Shown here one piece after another: positions 35,998-47,501 of a stretch of 64,000 bases of DNA (position 1 is its first letter; the number at the start of each line of letters is the position of its first letter). Below the pieces are notes generated by a model, which was not told the DNA's origin, searched no databases, and saw only the letters and a list, made by a program, of their open reading frames with translations. This stretch comes from an uncultured cyanobacterium (lineage in GTDB: Bacteria; Cyanobacteriota; Cyanobacteriia; Cyanobacteriales; Microcystaceae): NCBI GenBank assembly GCA_963807635.1, contig CAWEDJ010000098.1:1-64000 (forward strand). Reading direction: 5' to 3'. The position numbers were made by a program, and so were the translations under genes.

Positions 35998-36702
35998 TTA
36001 ACCGTAAATTTTTTCTAAGGCGGCGATCGCGGCGGCTTTCGTGGCTTCTTGTTTTCTCACTCCTTTGCCCTGACCATAAACTTTATTCTGAATACGGACA
36101 CCAAAGGTAAATTCCCGCGCATGATCAGGCCCCGTTTCTTCAATTAAAAAATACTCAGGAAGTCCATCAGGGCCAAACTCTTTTAAAGCCCACTGCTGTA
36201 ACTGATTTTTAACATCGATTAGATTATTTTTAAAGCTAGAAGAATTGGTTGTCTGAAAGTCTTCCACAACCCCCAAGAGCAAAGTATGGATAAATTCGCG
36301 CACAGGTTCCAAGCCCGCATCGAGAAAATAGGCTCCGATAATGGCTTCCAAGGTATCGCTAAGTAAGGAAGGATTCTGTTGTTCCCCACTTTTTTTAGCC
36401 CCGTTTCCTAAACGAATAAACTCCCCAATCTCTAAAATTTGGGCAAATTTCGCTAACTGGACTTCATCTACTAATTGCGATCGCAACCGAGTTAATTCGG
36501 CTTCAGCAAAATGAGGATAACGCCGATAAAGAAAATCTCCCACAACAAATTGTAAAATCGCATCCCCTAAAAATTCGAGGCGTTCATTATGCTCATTGCC
36601 TGGATTTTCGTTGGCGTAGGAACGATGGGTTAGGGCCTGTAACCAAAGATTTTTTTGTTTAAAAGTTGGTAATGTCGGAGGATTGGGATATTTGAGGGAC
36701 AT
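35998..36702 (-). CDS. rnc: Ribonuclease III
   Basis: 'ALTHRSY', 'NERLEFLGDA', dsRBD 'GPDHAREF'. Confidence 0.95.
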   Translation of the reverse strand: MSLKYPNPPTLPTFKQKNLWLQALTHRSYANENPGNEHNERLEFLGDAILQFVVGDFLYRRYPHFAEAELTRLRSQLVDEVQLAKFAQILEIGEFIRLGNGAKKSGEQQNPSLLSDTLEAIIGAYFLDAGLEPVREFIHTLLLGVVEDFQTTNSSSFKNNLIDVKNQLQQWALKEFGPDGLPEYFLIEETGPDHAREFTFGVRIQNKVYGQGKGVRKQEATKAAAIAALEKIYG

Positions 36703-36750
36703 GGGGATGATTAATGGACAAAGACAATCTTTTTATCCCTATTTTACCGT

Positions 36751-37296
36751 TTAATTTTGGGTAGCAACCTGATAAAACGCCAGGGAACTATGGCCGTAAT
36801 GTTTTTCTCGACAAAGGGTTAATCCTGGGATTTCTGCGGGTGTCCAGAGTTTGCGACTATATTCAACCGCCATTTCTCCTGAATCTGCTAGGATTTTTCC
36901 TTCGGCGATCGCGCTTAAAACGGGAACATAAAGCGAGCCTCGATAGGGCGGATCAAAATAAATATGATCAAATCCCTTATCCTGCAAACCAGACAAGTGA
37001 TACAGCACATCCCCCCGCAAAACTTCAAAAATTTGACCAGATTGGGCGACCTTTTGCCAATTGTCCCGAATTAAAACACAAGCTTCCCCCAACTGCTCTA
37101 TTCCCACAACTTCCTTGGCTCCCCGACATAAAGCCTCTGCGCCCATCGAACCATTGCCCGCACAAAGATCCAGCCATCGACAATCCCGAATGCTTCCCTG
37201 CCAAATATTAAATAAAGCCTGTCTCACCTTCCCCGTTGTCGGACGAGCAACTTCACCTGCTAAAGTTTTTAATTCCCGATTTCCATAAATTCGCAT
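36751..37296 (-). CDS. rsmD: 16S rRNA m2G966 methyltransferase
   Basis: 'RPT', 'LDLCAGNG', 'FDPPY'. Confidence 0.92.
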   Translation of the reverse strand: MRIYGNRELKTLAGEVARPTTGKVRQALFNIWQGSIRDCRWLDLCAGNGSMGAEALCRGAKEVVGIEQLGEACVLIRDNWQKVAQSGQIFEVLRGDVLYHLSGLQDKGFDHIYFDPPYRGSLYVPVLSAIAEGKILADSGEMAVEYSRKLWTPAEIPGLTLCREKHYGHSSLAFYQVATQN

Positions 37297-37312
37297 GACT
37301 TATCCCATAACT

Positions 37313-37474
37313 CTAATCGGGGGAAGATTCATCGCGATCGGGAGCCACCTCTTCCTTAAAGCCCCGTAAACTTTTCCCCAAGGCCGCACCGATTTCAGGC
37401 AATTTTTTCAGACCAAAAATCAGTATCACAGCAACAAGAATAACCACAATTTCCGTCCACCCTAATCCAAACAT
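37313..37474 (-). CDS. tatA: TatA/E-family twin-arginine translocase subunit (not in ORF track)
   Basis: Manual translation MFGLGWTEIVVILVAVILIFGLKKLPEIGAALGKSLRGFKEEVAPDRDESSPD*, preceded by a GGAG RBS. Confidence 0.92.
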   Translation of the reverse strand: MFGLGWTEIVVILVAVILIFGLKKLPEIGAALGKSLRGFKEEVAPDRDESSPD

Positions 37475-37545
37475 TGATCAACTCCTTATCATTTAAGTCA
37501 ATTTAGTTATAGTAAACCCCACCTAACTCGCAACCCGTCATTATT

Positions 37546-37627
37546 GCCCTCTAAATCCCCCAATTCTGGGGGACTTAACCAGAGTACGATTCTGATTTTT
37601 CCCCCAAAGTTCGGGGGCTAGGGGGGC
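37546..37627. repeat. Cyanobacterial palindromic dispersed repeat (copy 1)
   Basis: ctaaatcccccaattctgggggactt ... cccccaaagttcgggggctagggggg. Related copy at 57419-57489. Confidence 0.8.
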
Positions 37628-37739
37628 TAAAAACTCAAATTCTCAAAATTGATGAGGTTTAGACATTAAAAAACGCTAGTCCTAAGTATATCAAAGTCAA
37701 CCCAGAACTAGCGAAAAAGCAATTTCAACCAAAAGACAA

Positions 37740-38514
37740 TTAAAAAACTTCCGACATTAAAGATTTCTGTAACACTTCCAATCCTTTTTTTAAGCGTCTG
37801 GATACAGTAATAACGCTAATGCCCAATTGATCAGCCGTTTCCCGTTGGGTCAGGTCATGAAGAAAAACAAACTCTAAAACATTGCGAGTACGGTCTTCGA
37901 GTTGGCCATTGCTTGCTGTAATCGGATCTGGTCTTCTTGACTTAATTGAAAACTATGATAATCGGCATCCGCTAAACAATCTCCTAGATTCGTCAGACTA
38001 TCTCCGTCTTGATCAACCTTGATGTCTAAGCTAATCGGTTCTCGATTTTGAAGTGCCAATTTAATATCCCGCAACTCACTCAGAGAAATTTCTAAGATTT
38101 GGGCAACCTCTGATTCTGTCGGTTGACGATTAAAACGAGCTTGAAAATTTTTTGTTTCTGTGGCCGCTTGTTGACCCAATTCTAACCAACGTCTGGGAAT
38201 ACGGACACAATAGCCCTTATCCCTAAGATAGTGTTGAATTTCACCCCTAATGTAGGGAATGGCGAAACTACTAAAGGCACTGCCTTTTTCAACATTAAAT
38301 CGTTCGATCGCCCTAAGCAGGCCAGGCAACCCACCTGAACTAAATCTTCATAACTTTCAAGGCATTGACCCACCCAGTGGTGAGATTCTTTGCGGACTAG
38401 ACCGACATTCAACTCCATAATTTGGTTACGAAGTTTGGTGTTTCCAGAAGTTCGGTACTCTTGGAATAAATGTAGGGTCTCAAATTTTAAGGATTCATTC
38501 GCGAGGGTAGTCAT
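37740..38514 (-). CDS. sigF: Group 3 sigma factor SigF (two frameshifts in this sequence)
   Basis: 'LRNQIMELNVGLV', 'YEDLVQVG', 'FSSFAIPYIRGEIQHYLRD', region 4 'DLTQRETADQLGISVITVSRRLKKGL'. Confidence 0.9.
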
Positions 38515-38891
38515 AATTTTCAAGACTGAAAAGAAAATTGATTATTAATCAATAGGGTTACTTAGAGCAATGACCTTTATAGAAAGGAGTTTGATGCTTC
38601 ATTAACTTTAGTCTTCCCAAATCATAATGATAAATCCAGGATAGGACAACAGAATTTTCAAGGGGGTTTGGAGAAAGAAACGCCAGATTCCTAGTTAATT
38701 ATACGGAGATGGGAATTTACAAAACTATTTTGACTAAAATTGTCGTTATTCTAGGTAATTCTCAATTATTATAAAAGAAAAGAGAGCAAAATTCAAAATA
38801 AGTTAAGTTTTTTAGGAAAAGGAATAAAGGCTTATTTTTGCTGCTTAACTAGATAGAATTTAGGCTGTTGCTATAGTGGAAAATTTCTAAA

Positions 38892-39041
38892 TATAGCGAA
38901 CCTAAATCAATTGTGAAAACTCCAAGCTCTTTTGACTTATTCTTTATTTCTAACAGAAGTCATAGAGAGAAGCTAATTGAGCTTTTGGAAATTAAACGAT
39001 TTCATCTGTTGCCTGTTCACATCTCATTTAGACTGGCTATA
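38892..39041. mobile_element. Putative 150-bp MITE with TA-flanked inverted repeats
   Basis: tatagcgaacctaaatcaattgtgaa versus reverse complement of the right end tatagccagtctaaatgagatgtgaa (20/26). Confidence 0.6.
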
Positions 39042-39318
39042 CCTTGATTCTGTCTCTGATTTATCTTTACTTTTTCTGCCTGGTTACTAGAAAATTGCAT
39101 CAAAGATAATTGACAATTCTTTATAAAAAATGATTAACGACTTATCCCTAGACAATTATCCGCTGATGGTATTGAGTTCTTGGAAATAGGGATGATCTGT
39201 TGAACGGACTCCCCAGGGCGCGATCGCCGTTTGATGAACTGATCAGGAGAATATTAAGCACAAAAAAAGAAGGGCATGGTCACCCTCCTTGCTTAGGAAG
39301 TAAAAGCCCTATTAAACA

Positions 39319-40158
39319 TTAATCTTCAGGCGCAATACGAGCATAGAAAATTCCGCGAATCTTGACATCCACAGGTTTTTTCGCTCCTAAATCCGTATCA
39401 GAAGGTTGTTCGCTTTCAAAGATTCCGCCAATTTCTCCCGTGTCGCCATCAACTTGAGTCACTTGGAGAGAAAGGGTTCCTTTGCCGATGGGCGTTTGTT
39501 TAACATTGGTACGTTGGAGTTCCTTACTATCTGCGGATGCAGGTAAAGCCACCGCATTGTCATAACCCGTATAAACACCGCGAGCTTTAGGATCTAAGAA
39601 ACCTGCTCCCCGATAGGAGGGGACTTTAAAACTACCAACAAAATCCGTAGAACTATTAATAGAGGTAAAACCAGGTTCAGTTTTGCCAACAAATTTTTTA
39701 ATAGTAAAGAAAAAGGGAACTTCTTCTCCCCCTGGTAACAGAACTGTCACTGGTTGAAAGTCAATCCCATCTTTCTCTTTCAGGGTTAAAACGCCATTTT
39801 CATCAACAAAAATGGAACCCCGAATTTGCTCTAGACTGCTGGTATATCGAGTTAAGAGTTTTCCTTCGACAAATTCCGCTGCTTGACGTTTGTTAAGGGG
39901 TTCTTCTTTAACAAAGTATTGCTGTGGCTCGATACATAAATCAGAGACACTATAGGTTTTATTACTTTCTACGGGGATCGTTCCTCTTGAAAAAGAGGTA
40001 ACGGTGGGGCAGCTATTTGCTAGTCCAGTTCCGACAATTTCGTCATAGGTCATTTGCTCTCGGTCAAGAGCAAGGGCTGATCCGCCATTGAAGATGGTGA
40101 GCATACCTAGAAAAAAAGACAGAAAGGCTACGATTAATGCACGAAACCTCATGGTCAA
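39319..40158 (-). CDS. psbO: Photosystem II manganese-stabilizing protein
   Basis: 'TYDEIVGTGLANSCP', 'DGIDFQP', 'VPSYRGAGFLDPKARG', 'QPSDTDLG'. Confidence 0.97.
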   Translation of the reverse strand: MTMRFRALIVAFLSFFLGMLTIFNGGSALALDREQMTYDEIVGTGLANSCPTVTSFSRGTIPVESNKTYSVSDLCIEPQQYFVKEEPLNKRQAAEFVEGKLLTRYTSSLEQIRGSIFVDENGVLTLKEKDGIDFQPVTVLLPGGEEVPFFFTIKKFVGKTEPGFTSINSSTDFVGSFKVPSYRGAGFLDPKARGVYTGYDNAVALPASADSKELQRTNVKQTPIGKGTLSLQVTQVDGDTGEIGGIFESEQPSDTDLGAKKPVDVKIRGIFYARIAPED

Positions 40159-40384
40159 CCTCGCTTAGTCAATCTCAAATTAGTAAAATCTTGTCCTGAT
40201 AGGGCTTACGCATAAAGCAATTAATTATATCTGGAGCAAGTTAGGCTAATGTTATCGGTATCTACTTTACCAAACTTTCGGGACGTTCTGAGCGTTATGG
40301 TATTCAGAATTCTTTTGGTTCCCCAATCTTTTATAGTGAGGGATGGAATAATTTAGTGGGTCAAACGGGACGTATCTAGTAAAG

Positions 40385-40703
40385 ATGAACGAGCATTTGT
40401 TGGAAAACGAGCTAAAGATGATTGCTGACCGAGTGGATGCGATCGCGAAGGAATGCGGGGATGACAGCGATCAACTGTTGGCTCTGTTGCGGACGCTAGA
40501 AGGGCTACACCGTCGTATTTGTGCTGAACAATTTGAGCCTTCTTTGCCCAATACTCGCAAGGATCTGTACGCATTACAAAGATATGGAAGAACAGGGAGG
40601 CTGGCCCTATATTAAACGGGGTAAGTTACAAACCTTTATAAGGTTGTTTCTAGAAAATGATGGTCTTGATGGGGATCAACAACCAGACTCCCTTGAAGAA
40701 TAA
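40385..40703 (+). CDS. Conserved cyanobacterial hypothetical protein (one frameshift near 40575)
   Basis: 'LLALLRTLEGLHR..F..SLP.TR..LY' continues in another frame as 'KDMEEQGGWPYI'. Confidence 0.7.
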
Positions 40704-40808
40704 ATCAATGGGAGGTGTTGGTAGGGGGAGCAAATTCCAGTTAAAGCAAAATTAGGCTTACGGAAAACCTTCCCTTTGGATTGATAGGTTGGACAAATTT
40801 TAATTTAA

Positions 40809-40880
40809 CTGGGGTGCTAGGATTCGAACCTAGGAATGGCGAGACCAAAACCCGGTGCCTTACCGCTTGGCGACACCCCA
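40809..40880 (-). tRNA. trnQ: tRNA-Gln (anticodon TTG)
   Basis: TGGGGTGTCGCCAAGCGGTAAGGCACCGGGTTTTGGTCTCGCCATTCCTAGGTTCGAATCCTAGCACCCCAG. Cloverleaf with T-loop GTTCGAA; CCA not encoded. Confidence 0.95.
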
Positions 40881-40932
40881 ACGTGTCAAGACCTTTATTA
40901 TCTTAGCAGACCCTATCCGTAAACTGTCAAGT

Positions 40933-41914
40933 CTAAAATAAAAGATTTTTCAGGAGAGAGGCCCGATCGCGATCGCCAGCCAGAGCAAAAAACACTGACG
41001 GGTGAGAGTGAAAGGCCTTTTCGACAGTGGCAGAGGTAATAGGATGGTCGGGATTGCCCAGTAAGGGTTTGAATTTAGGAACGCCCTGGTAAGAATTCAT
41101 TCCCCCTAGCTGTACCCCTAAAATGGCGGCATAGACGCATTCACTCCAACCTGAATTCAAACTGACATCCTGGGGTGCGTCCCGACGACAAATTTCCAAA
41201 AACTGGCTGGGGTTTCCCCGATAGACAGGCTAGGGTGAAAACCGTTAAACGGCAGGGTAAGTACGTTAAATAATCTTCAAACTTGGCACTGAACCAACCA
41301 ATGTCGGTATAGGGTTCTCGTAAATAGCCAATCATGGAATCTAATGTGCTGGCTGCTTTATAGGCGATCACGAGAAAAACAGTACCAATAGGCGAGAAGA
41401 ATGCGCCTAAAATTGCATAGAATAGAGGAGAGGTCACTCCGTCAATCGTATTTTCCGCCACACTTTCTAGGGTTGCCCGTAGAATATCCTCAACGCTCAG
41501 TTGCTCCGTATCTCGACCCACAAACTGACCGAGTTTAGTCCGAGCCTCTTCAATTTCTCCTTGATTTAAGGGGTTTAATACACTTTGGGCGGCGTTTCGT
41601 AAACTTTTTCCCGCAAAGCAACTAGCCAGCAAAATAATTTCAACCATTATTCCTAGCAAAGGATGGATTTGTTGCGTTAGTTGAATCAGTCCCCAGGCGA
41701 TCGCGGCACTCCCAAAAATTATCACCAATCCGAGTAAAATTCCGACATAACGACGCGGCTCTTTCTGTTGCCAACGATTCAAGCTCCATTGAGTAAAATA
41801 ATTAATGCTCCATCCCATCACCTGGACGGGGTGAATCCATTCCCAGGGATCACCAATGAAATAATCTAGCATCGCCGCACTAACTAAAATAATTGCCCCT
41901 AGATTCTCCGTCAT
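40933..41914 (-). CDS. cbiB: Adenosylcobinamide-phosphate synthase (frameshifted in this sequence)
   Basis: 'GDP..WIHPV', 'FVGRDT', 'ESVAEN..DG', 'STLDSMIGY', 'NSGWSE..YAAILGVQLGG'. Confidence 0.9.
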
Positions 41915-41968
41915 GAATTTTGATTAAATATCCAGTAACTAAAAAATTCTGTTGAATCCCTTGACATT

Positions 41969-42378
41969 TTAAGAAAAACTCGTTTCTGATTTATTCTGGA
42001 TTTTACTAACATTCTCTTCCCAGTTCACGCCATCAAAAATCTCGATAGTAAATTCAGATAAGATATCACCATCTAAACAACGGAGATTAACATCAATATC
42101 CTGGGGATGGGAACGGGGATGATAGAAAGGATGAATGCCACAATTACGACAAAAATGATGTTTGGCAGTGTGGGTATTAAAGGTATAGGTACTCAAATTT
42201 TCTTTCCCTGGAGGAGAGTAAAATCTGATTGGGGAATAATCAGATGCAAAAAACCTTTCTTACGACAGATTGAACAATTACAATCAATGGCTTTCTGTTG
42301 GGTGACAATTGCCCTAAACCTGATGGCACCGCAATGACAGCCCCCTTCGTAGTTCAGCGATCGCCTTAATTTTTCCAT
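41969..42378 (-). CDS. GFA/CENP-V family Zn-binding protein (frameshift near 42200)
   Basis: 'GGCHCGAIRF', 'CNCSICRK', 'HHFCRNCGIHPF'. Confidence 0.88.
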
Positions 42379-42398
42379 TAATTTATGTCCTCAAATGT

Positions 42399-42842
42399 CT
42401 AAACGATAAAATTGCTTTCTTCGTCCTGGGATGCCTGCCAACTCCGAGCATCATAGTAAAGATCCGCTAAGGTAATACTATAAAGTGATTCCTTGAGTTT
42501 TTGATGGAGTTGTTTCCATAAACTGAAAGTCACCCAATCTTCCGCTTGCTCAACATCGGGCTGATAATGGGGCAGGGGATCAACAGTTTCTCCGACGGCT
42601 TCTAAAATTTGTCCGAGGGAAATTTGATGGGGAGGATAGGCTAATTGATAGCCACCTTGGACTCCTCGAAGGGAATGGACTAAGCCCGCCCGACGCATTT
42701 CCATGAGTAATTTTTCTAAATAGGGAGCGGGTAAATCTTGCCGAGTTGCGATCGCTTTTACGGAAGCTGGCCCATAATCTGACTGTAAACTCAGATCAAG
42801 TAAAGCTTTAACACTATAGTGACTTTTGGTTGTTAACTTCAT
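42399..42842 (-). CDS. Rrf2-family transcriptional regulator (no cysteines)
   Basis: 'YLEKLL', 'RGVQGGYQL', 'ISLGQILEAV'. Confidence 0.92.
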   Translation of the reverse strand: MKLTTKSHYSVKALLDLSLQSDYGPASVKAIATRQDLPAPYLEKLLMEMRRAGLVHSLRGVQGGYQLAYPPHQISLGQILEAVGETVDPLPHYQPDVEQAEDWVTFSLWKQLHQKLKESLYSITLADLYYDARSWQASQDEESNFIV

Positions 42843-43159
42843 TGTCTTGGTTAAATCGTCAAGTTATCTTGGAAGTTATCCGTATCTATATCTATAATTA
42901 TCTCCGTTGTAGATAGGCATCAGGCCAGTTCTCTAGAAAAAGAGAAAAAGTCAAATAGTCATCAATCATAATTAGATGCTAGAGTAAAATTGCCCAAAAA
43001 GTTTAAAATTAATTTAGTCAAAAAGTGAATAAATTTTACTTTAAGCGTGTAAGATAAGTTTAGAGAGAGATAGTAACTGCAACTTTTTTTAGGGAGCTTA
43101 TTACTACTGCAACTCTAAAACTTGTCCACTAGACTATTCATTCCTAAATATTAAAGTAG

Positions 43160-43549
43160 ATGCCTAAAACAACCCAAACCAAACCCCTAACTGGCCCTGA
43201 GTTAATCCAAAAAGTTAAAGAACTGGGCAACCTAAACAAGGAAGACAAAGCAAGAGAGTGTGGTTACTATACCGAAACTAAAAATGGTATCGAACGGGTC
43301 AATATGATGAAATTCCTCAACGCCTTAATTGACGCAGAAGGAATTGATCTCGATAGTACCCTCAATGGTCAAGGACGGGGTGGACGTTCCGCCAGTTACC
43401 GCATCAGTGTCCAATCTAATGGCAATTTATTAATTGGTTCTGCTTATACCAAAAAAATGAACCTCCAAGCGGGTGATGAGTTTGAGATCACTCTCGGTCG
43501 CAAACACATTCACCTCAAACAGGTTGACGCGGAAGACGAAGAAATCTAA
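43160..43549 (+). CDS. cyabrB2: Cyanobacterial AbrB-like regulator, cyAbrB2/CalB clade
   Basis: 'CGYYT', 'RVNMMKFLNAL', 'GGRSASYRISVQSNGNLLIG', 'GDEFEITLGRKHI'. Confidence 0.88.
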   Translation: MPKTTQTKPLTGPELIQKVKELGNLNKEDKARECGYYTETKNGIERVNMMKFLNALIDAEGIDLDSTLNGQGRGGRSASYRISVQSNGNLLIGSAYTKKMNLQAGDEFEITLGRKHIHLKQVDAEDEEI

Positions 43550-43639
43550 GGTCAAAAAAAAAGACATTGTTTAGGTGCGAACTAAGCAACGTCTGATACT
43601 AGATTCAAGTTTAAATTTAACTCGAATTTTTAGATTGTT

Positions 43640-43680
43640 AAGAAGTAACTATACCCGTTGGCGTAGTTGCTTCTTTTATT
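43640..43680 (+). terminator. Probable intrinsic terminator
   Basis: aagaagtaactat...gtagttgcttctt stem followed by a T-rich tract. Confidence 0.6.
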
Positions 43681-43801
43681 TATTGTAGTATCTTACAGGG
43701 TTTTAGTAACTGAAAGGAAAAAATACTGTTTTTGTTGATCTCTGCGATCGCCAAATCCCCGACGATCGCCCAAAATCTGGTCGTGATTCGATATTATTGA
43801 A

Positions 43802-45170
43802 TTATTTCATGGGAGATTGTAAATTCCGTAAAGGCGGCAATAAGCGTTGATAACGACTGACAATTCCCGCGATCGCCGCCAGTAAGATCCAGGCGATCAG
43901 ATTCACGCGGATATCAAAAATAGTGACATCGGAAAGATTATAAAGGGTCACACTGCCAAAGGCGATGAGGTAGGACAATAACAAGAGGTGATCCCGTTGT
44001 TTTTTTTGCGATCGCGACTGACGAGACCAAACCAAGAGTAAGCGGCTGGCATTCAACATGATCCAACCGACTAAACCAACAAAAAGAAGCGTCCAGGAAT
44101 CCCGATTTCTCCCAGTAACATCACAAAAATATTATGGGGATGACCCAACCAAACATTCATTTTGGCTTGATATAGGGGAGTGAAATTTCGTAAGCCCCAA
44201 CCTGTGAACGGACGACTGAGCATCATATTCCAAGCAAATTCCCATTGGGTTGAACGAAAAGCCGTCATGTAGCGATCGGGATACATTTCATCGGATAATC
44301 TCGACCATAAATATTCAGGGACAATTTTTCGTAGAGGTTCTTTGGCAAAAGGCCCCAGGAAGCCCATATCACGAGGCCAGCAACTCCCACGCTGATCCCA
44401 ATCAACCAGTACCATCCCCAATACAAGGCAAAGGCTAAAACAATTAAAAATAAAACTCCCCAAGCACTCCGAGAATCCGTCAGGAAAAGGGCGATCGCGT
44501 TACTCAAAGCAGTGAATCCCAGTAAACCGAGTAACCATGTCGGAAATGTTTGATTATTTTTCTGCCAATTTCGATAAAAATCCGTCAATAGTCCCAAATT
44601 TAAGGGTAAAACCATTAATAAATAAGCCGAAAAAATATTGGCATACATCAGCAATGAAGACATACGACCTTCGGGACGGCCGTGAGCAATCAAATTTGAA
44701 CCGATCATTCTCAAAAAAGCAGGACTTTCCCACCCTGCAAAAATTTGCCCAAAGCCTAAGATAATCATCGGCAGAGAACCTAAGACTAAAACCCAAGCCA
44801 ATTGTCGCAAGTGGGAAATAGAGCGTAATAATAGACTACAGGCAAGCAAAAAGCCAAAATAGGGCAGGAAATTGGCTAAACCGAGGGCTGCTTCTCCCCG
44901 ATTATCTGCCAAAATTGTCGTCAAAATTAACCAAAGGGATAAGATTCCCAAGCCTATCCCCAGGGGGCGATTAATCAGGCGTTTATATTTCTTTTTCCAG
45001 GTAGCGAATAGGGCAAATAGGAGTCCAGGCAACGATAAAATTGGATTAAAAGGTAAAATTACCATTCCCCATTTCAAACCGAGCCATTCTTTTTGTAAGG
45101 ATTTTGGGGACAGGCGATCAATGTGCATTTTTAAGCCGTTTTTTTCCTGTTGTATCGGTTCTTCTCCCAT
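43802..45170 (-). CDS. O-antigen ligase (Wzy_C) family membrane protein (two frameshifts in this sequence)
   Basis: Multiple TM segments, 'TDSRSAW', 'RPFTGWGLRNF', 'GHPHN'. Confidence 0.85.
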
Positions 45171-45250
45171 TTTTTTAACGATTTGTCCTTTAACCTACAG
45201 TTTCAATCGAGTTCTTACTTATATCATTTTTCGGGTTAATCTTGACTATT

Positions 45251-46092
45251 CTAGGCAGGTTGCCAACAATCTTCACGGGTCAGACGGATTTGGGCAAGGG
45301 CAAAAATGACGGGAATAATGCGGCCATAGTTCGTGGCGATCGCCCGCCAACCCAGATCGGCTAAAAACCATCCCCAGAGCGCAGGCCCCGCAAAGGCGAA
45401 AATTGTTCTTACAGCACCGTAACGGGCGGCAGTCAGGCTCATGCCATGTTTGGCAGTTTGGAGTGCTAATTGGCTTTCTAGTTGGACAGTAACCGCTTTT
45501 CCTCCCTGCAATAGAGCCGTTTTTGCGATCTGATAACGGGCCGTGTGGAGGGTAAACTGCTGGATGATCTGTTTCAACAAAAAAGGTTTGAGGACAGAAC
45601 TCACCGCGATCGCGCTACTGCCTTTGAGTAATAAATTAACAGGATTATGCTGTAATTGGACAGGGAGCGGTTCAGGGGCAACGGATTCTAATAAAGAACG
45701 TTGAATTTGGACGGAAAGCGTTTTTTGTTCCGATTTGGGGAGTTGTTTCCAGGCTTTGCTGACTAAATGGAGAAAAATTTCTGATTCAATATCCGTCGTC
45801 GTCATCTGATTGGCGTAGGGAACTTTCAAATAATGACGACTCGGATCAGGGTTTCGCGATAACTAAAGGTCTGGGTCTTGCCCCGCAATACGGTAAATCC
45901 ATCAGCGGCCAGATAGCGAAAACGCTCTTCTAGGGAATCCAGCCAAAGGCTCAAGTCCTGACCCTGGACGGCGATCGGCTCAGGGGTTTTTAAATAATCA
46001 AGGGGATTAAATTTGCGCGAAAAGAGTATTTGAGTCAGCTGTTGAAGTTCATCTTCCGTCGCCAACTCCAGTGCTGATCTGAGTTCATCCAA
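45251..46092 (-). CDS. YaaW-like conserved protein (frameshift near 45830)
   Basis: 'MDELRSALELATEDEL', 'RFRYLAADG', 'DLGWRAIATNYGRIIP'. Confidence 0.78.
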
Positions 46093-46245
46093 GGTTTTTT
46101 CCTCCCCTACCCATCGTTAGAGTTGGTTAACTACACTATTCTATAGTAGGACTCTGGGATTGAACAATGGAGCCACTAAATTTCCTAGAGGCGATCGCAG
46201 GGACTGATAGGTTATATTATGCAAAAATATTGATTTCCAGGAATT

Positions 46246-46509
46246 GTGACCCATAAAAACGTACCCGAAACCGTCGCCCATCTTCGTGTCACCAAACAAT
46301 CTTGGCAAGAGGGCAAAATGGAAGGAGAAATCAAAGCCGCCGATTATGAGTGGCAGTTTCAATGGCATTTTCGGCGAGGCAAACTGCTGGTTAAACCGTC
46401 TCTCGGTCGTGCCTTGATCTATGAACCCCTGGGCCGTTTTTTAGAGCGGAGTGATTATCAGCTAGAACCTGGGGGAGATTATGAGTTTCTCTTGCGGGCA
46501 AAGTTGTGA
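46246..46509 (+). CDS. DUF3146-like cyanobacterial protein
   Basis: 'PETVAHLRV..QSW', 'PSLGRALI.EPL.RFL...DYQLEPGGDYEF'. Confidence 0.8.
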   Translation: MTHKNVPETVAHLRVTKQSWQEGKMEGEIKAADYEWQFQWHFRRGKLLVKPSLGRALIYEPLGRFLERSDYQLEPGGDYEFLLRAKL

Positions 46510-46517
46510 AACAAACA

Positions 46518-47090
46518 TTATTCGAGCATGGTTTCTGACATTTCTTGTAAAACTTCAATGGAAGGCTGTTGCAATAAATAGGGCAAATAGGCTCCTTCTA
46601 AACCCCGTCGAATATGGGGAGGCGTTTGTTCAAAAATAATAAAGAGGGGACAGACTTTTTCGGCGACCTCACTAAAAATATGTTCTTCGTGGAGGGGCAT
46701 TAACCATTCATAGTTTTGATTGAGAGAAATCTGGCTATTGCGCCAACGCATCAAGAAATCAGAAAAATCTTCGTCAGGGCGGTGAATAAAGATGAGAATT
46801 TCAGCCCCTAGTTTGATTTGCCATTCGGGGTCACACATCAAAATCGCTAGATCACAGGGTAATGCAATCGTTTGTGGGGGAGGCGTGGTACTAAAACCGC
46901 TTTCTGCGATGGATTTGGGAGCAAGGATACGAATGAGGGGCAGGGGAATGGTAATGATGCTTTTTTCGGGACGACGCAGACTTGGCAACATTTCCAAATA
47001 GGGACGATATTGTTTGAGGAGCGCGATCGCTGCTTCTCGGTTACTGTATTCTGCCAAAAACCTTTCGTAATTTGATGCTTTGATCGACAC
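46518..47090 (-). CDS. Conserved cyanobacterial hypothetical protein
   Basis: 'LAEYSN...AIALLKQYRPYLEM.PS.RR', 'LMCDPEW'. Confidence 0.75.
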   Translation of the reverse strand: MSIKASNYERFLAEYSNREAAIALLKQYRPYLEMLPSLRRPEKSIITIPLPLIRILAPKSIAESGFSTTPPPQTIALPCDLAILMCDPEWQIKLGAEILIFIHRPDEDFSDFLMRWRNSQISLNQNYEWLMPLHEEHIFSEVAEKVCPLFIIFEQTPPHIRRGLEGAYLPYLLQQPSIEVLQEMSETMLE

Positions 47091-47501
47091 AAGAAAAACC
47101 TAAACCTAGTTTGATGAATTCGTCTCCCGATGACTATACCAACAATGGGAAGCATCTGAAGACAAAACTGCGATGACTAAACTGATTTCAGATTATTCCA
47201 GATTTTTCTATCATAGTCTAGCCATCGAAGGAATAGATGCCAACTAGCATCGGAAATCGACTTGACTCTTTAATGACAAGTGAAGGACTTCCTTGTGTTT
47301 ATTGCGGAAGTGAGTATTGCTTTTTTGATGTAATAGCGATATTGTAAATTACCACAAATCACACTAAATTTTTTGCGTTCTTTAAGTGGTTACCTTAAAT
47401 AATTGCTTCGTCTTATTGCGCCAAGTTTTCAGATACTGATCGTAAAAAACAAATTTAGATGTCATGATTTGAAATGCATTTGCTGGAGAATCCAAATCAT
47501 C

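Noticed and set aside
39120..39260. Possible small ORF or sRNA between sigF and psbO
   Set aside because: Only a 19-codon frame and no convincing structure.
40809..40880. tRNA-Gln as an integration site for an island
   Set aside because: No duplicated tRNA 3' end or integrase in the window; flanking genes are core.
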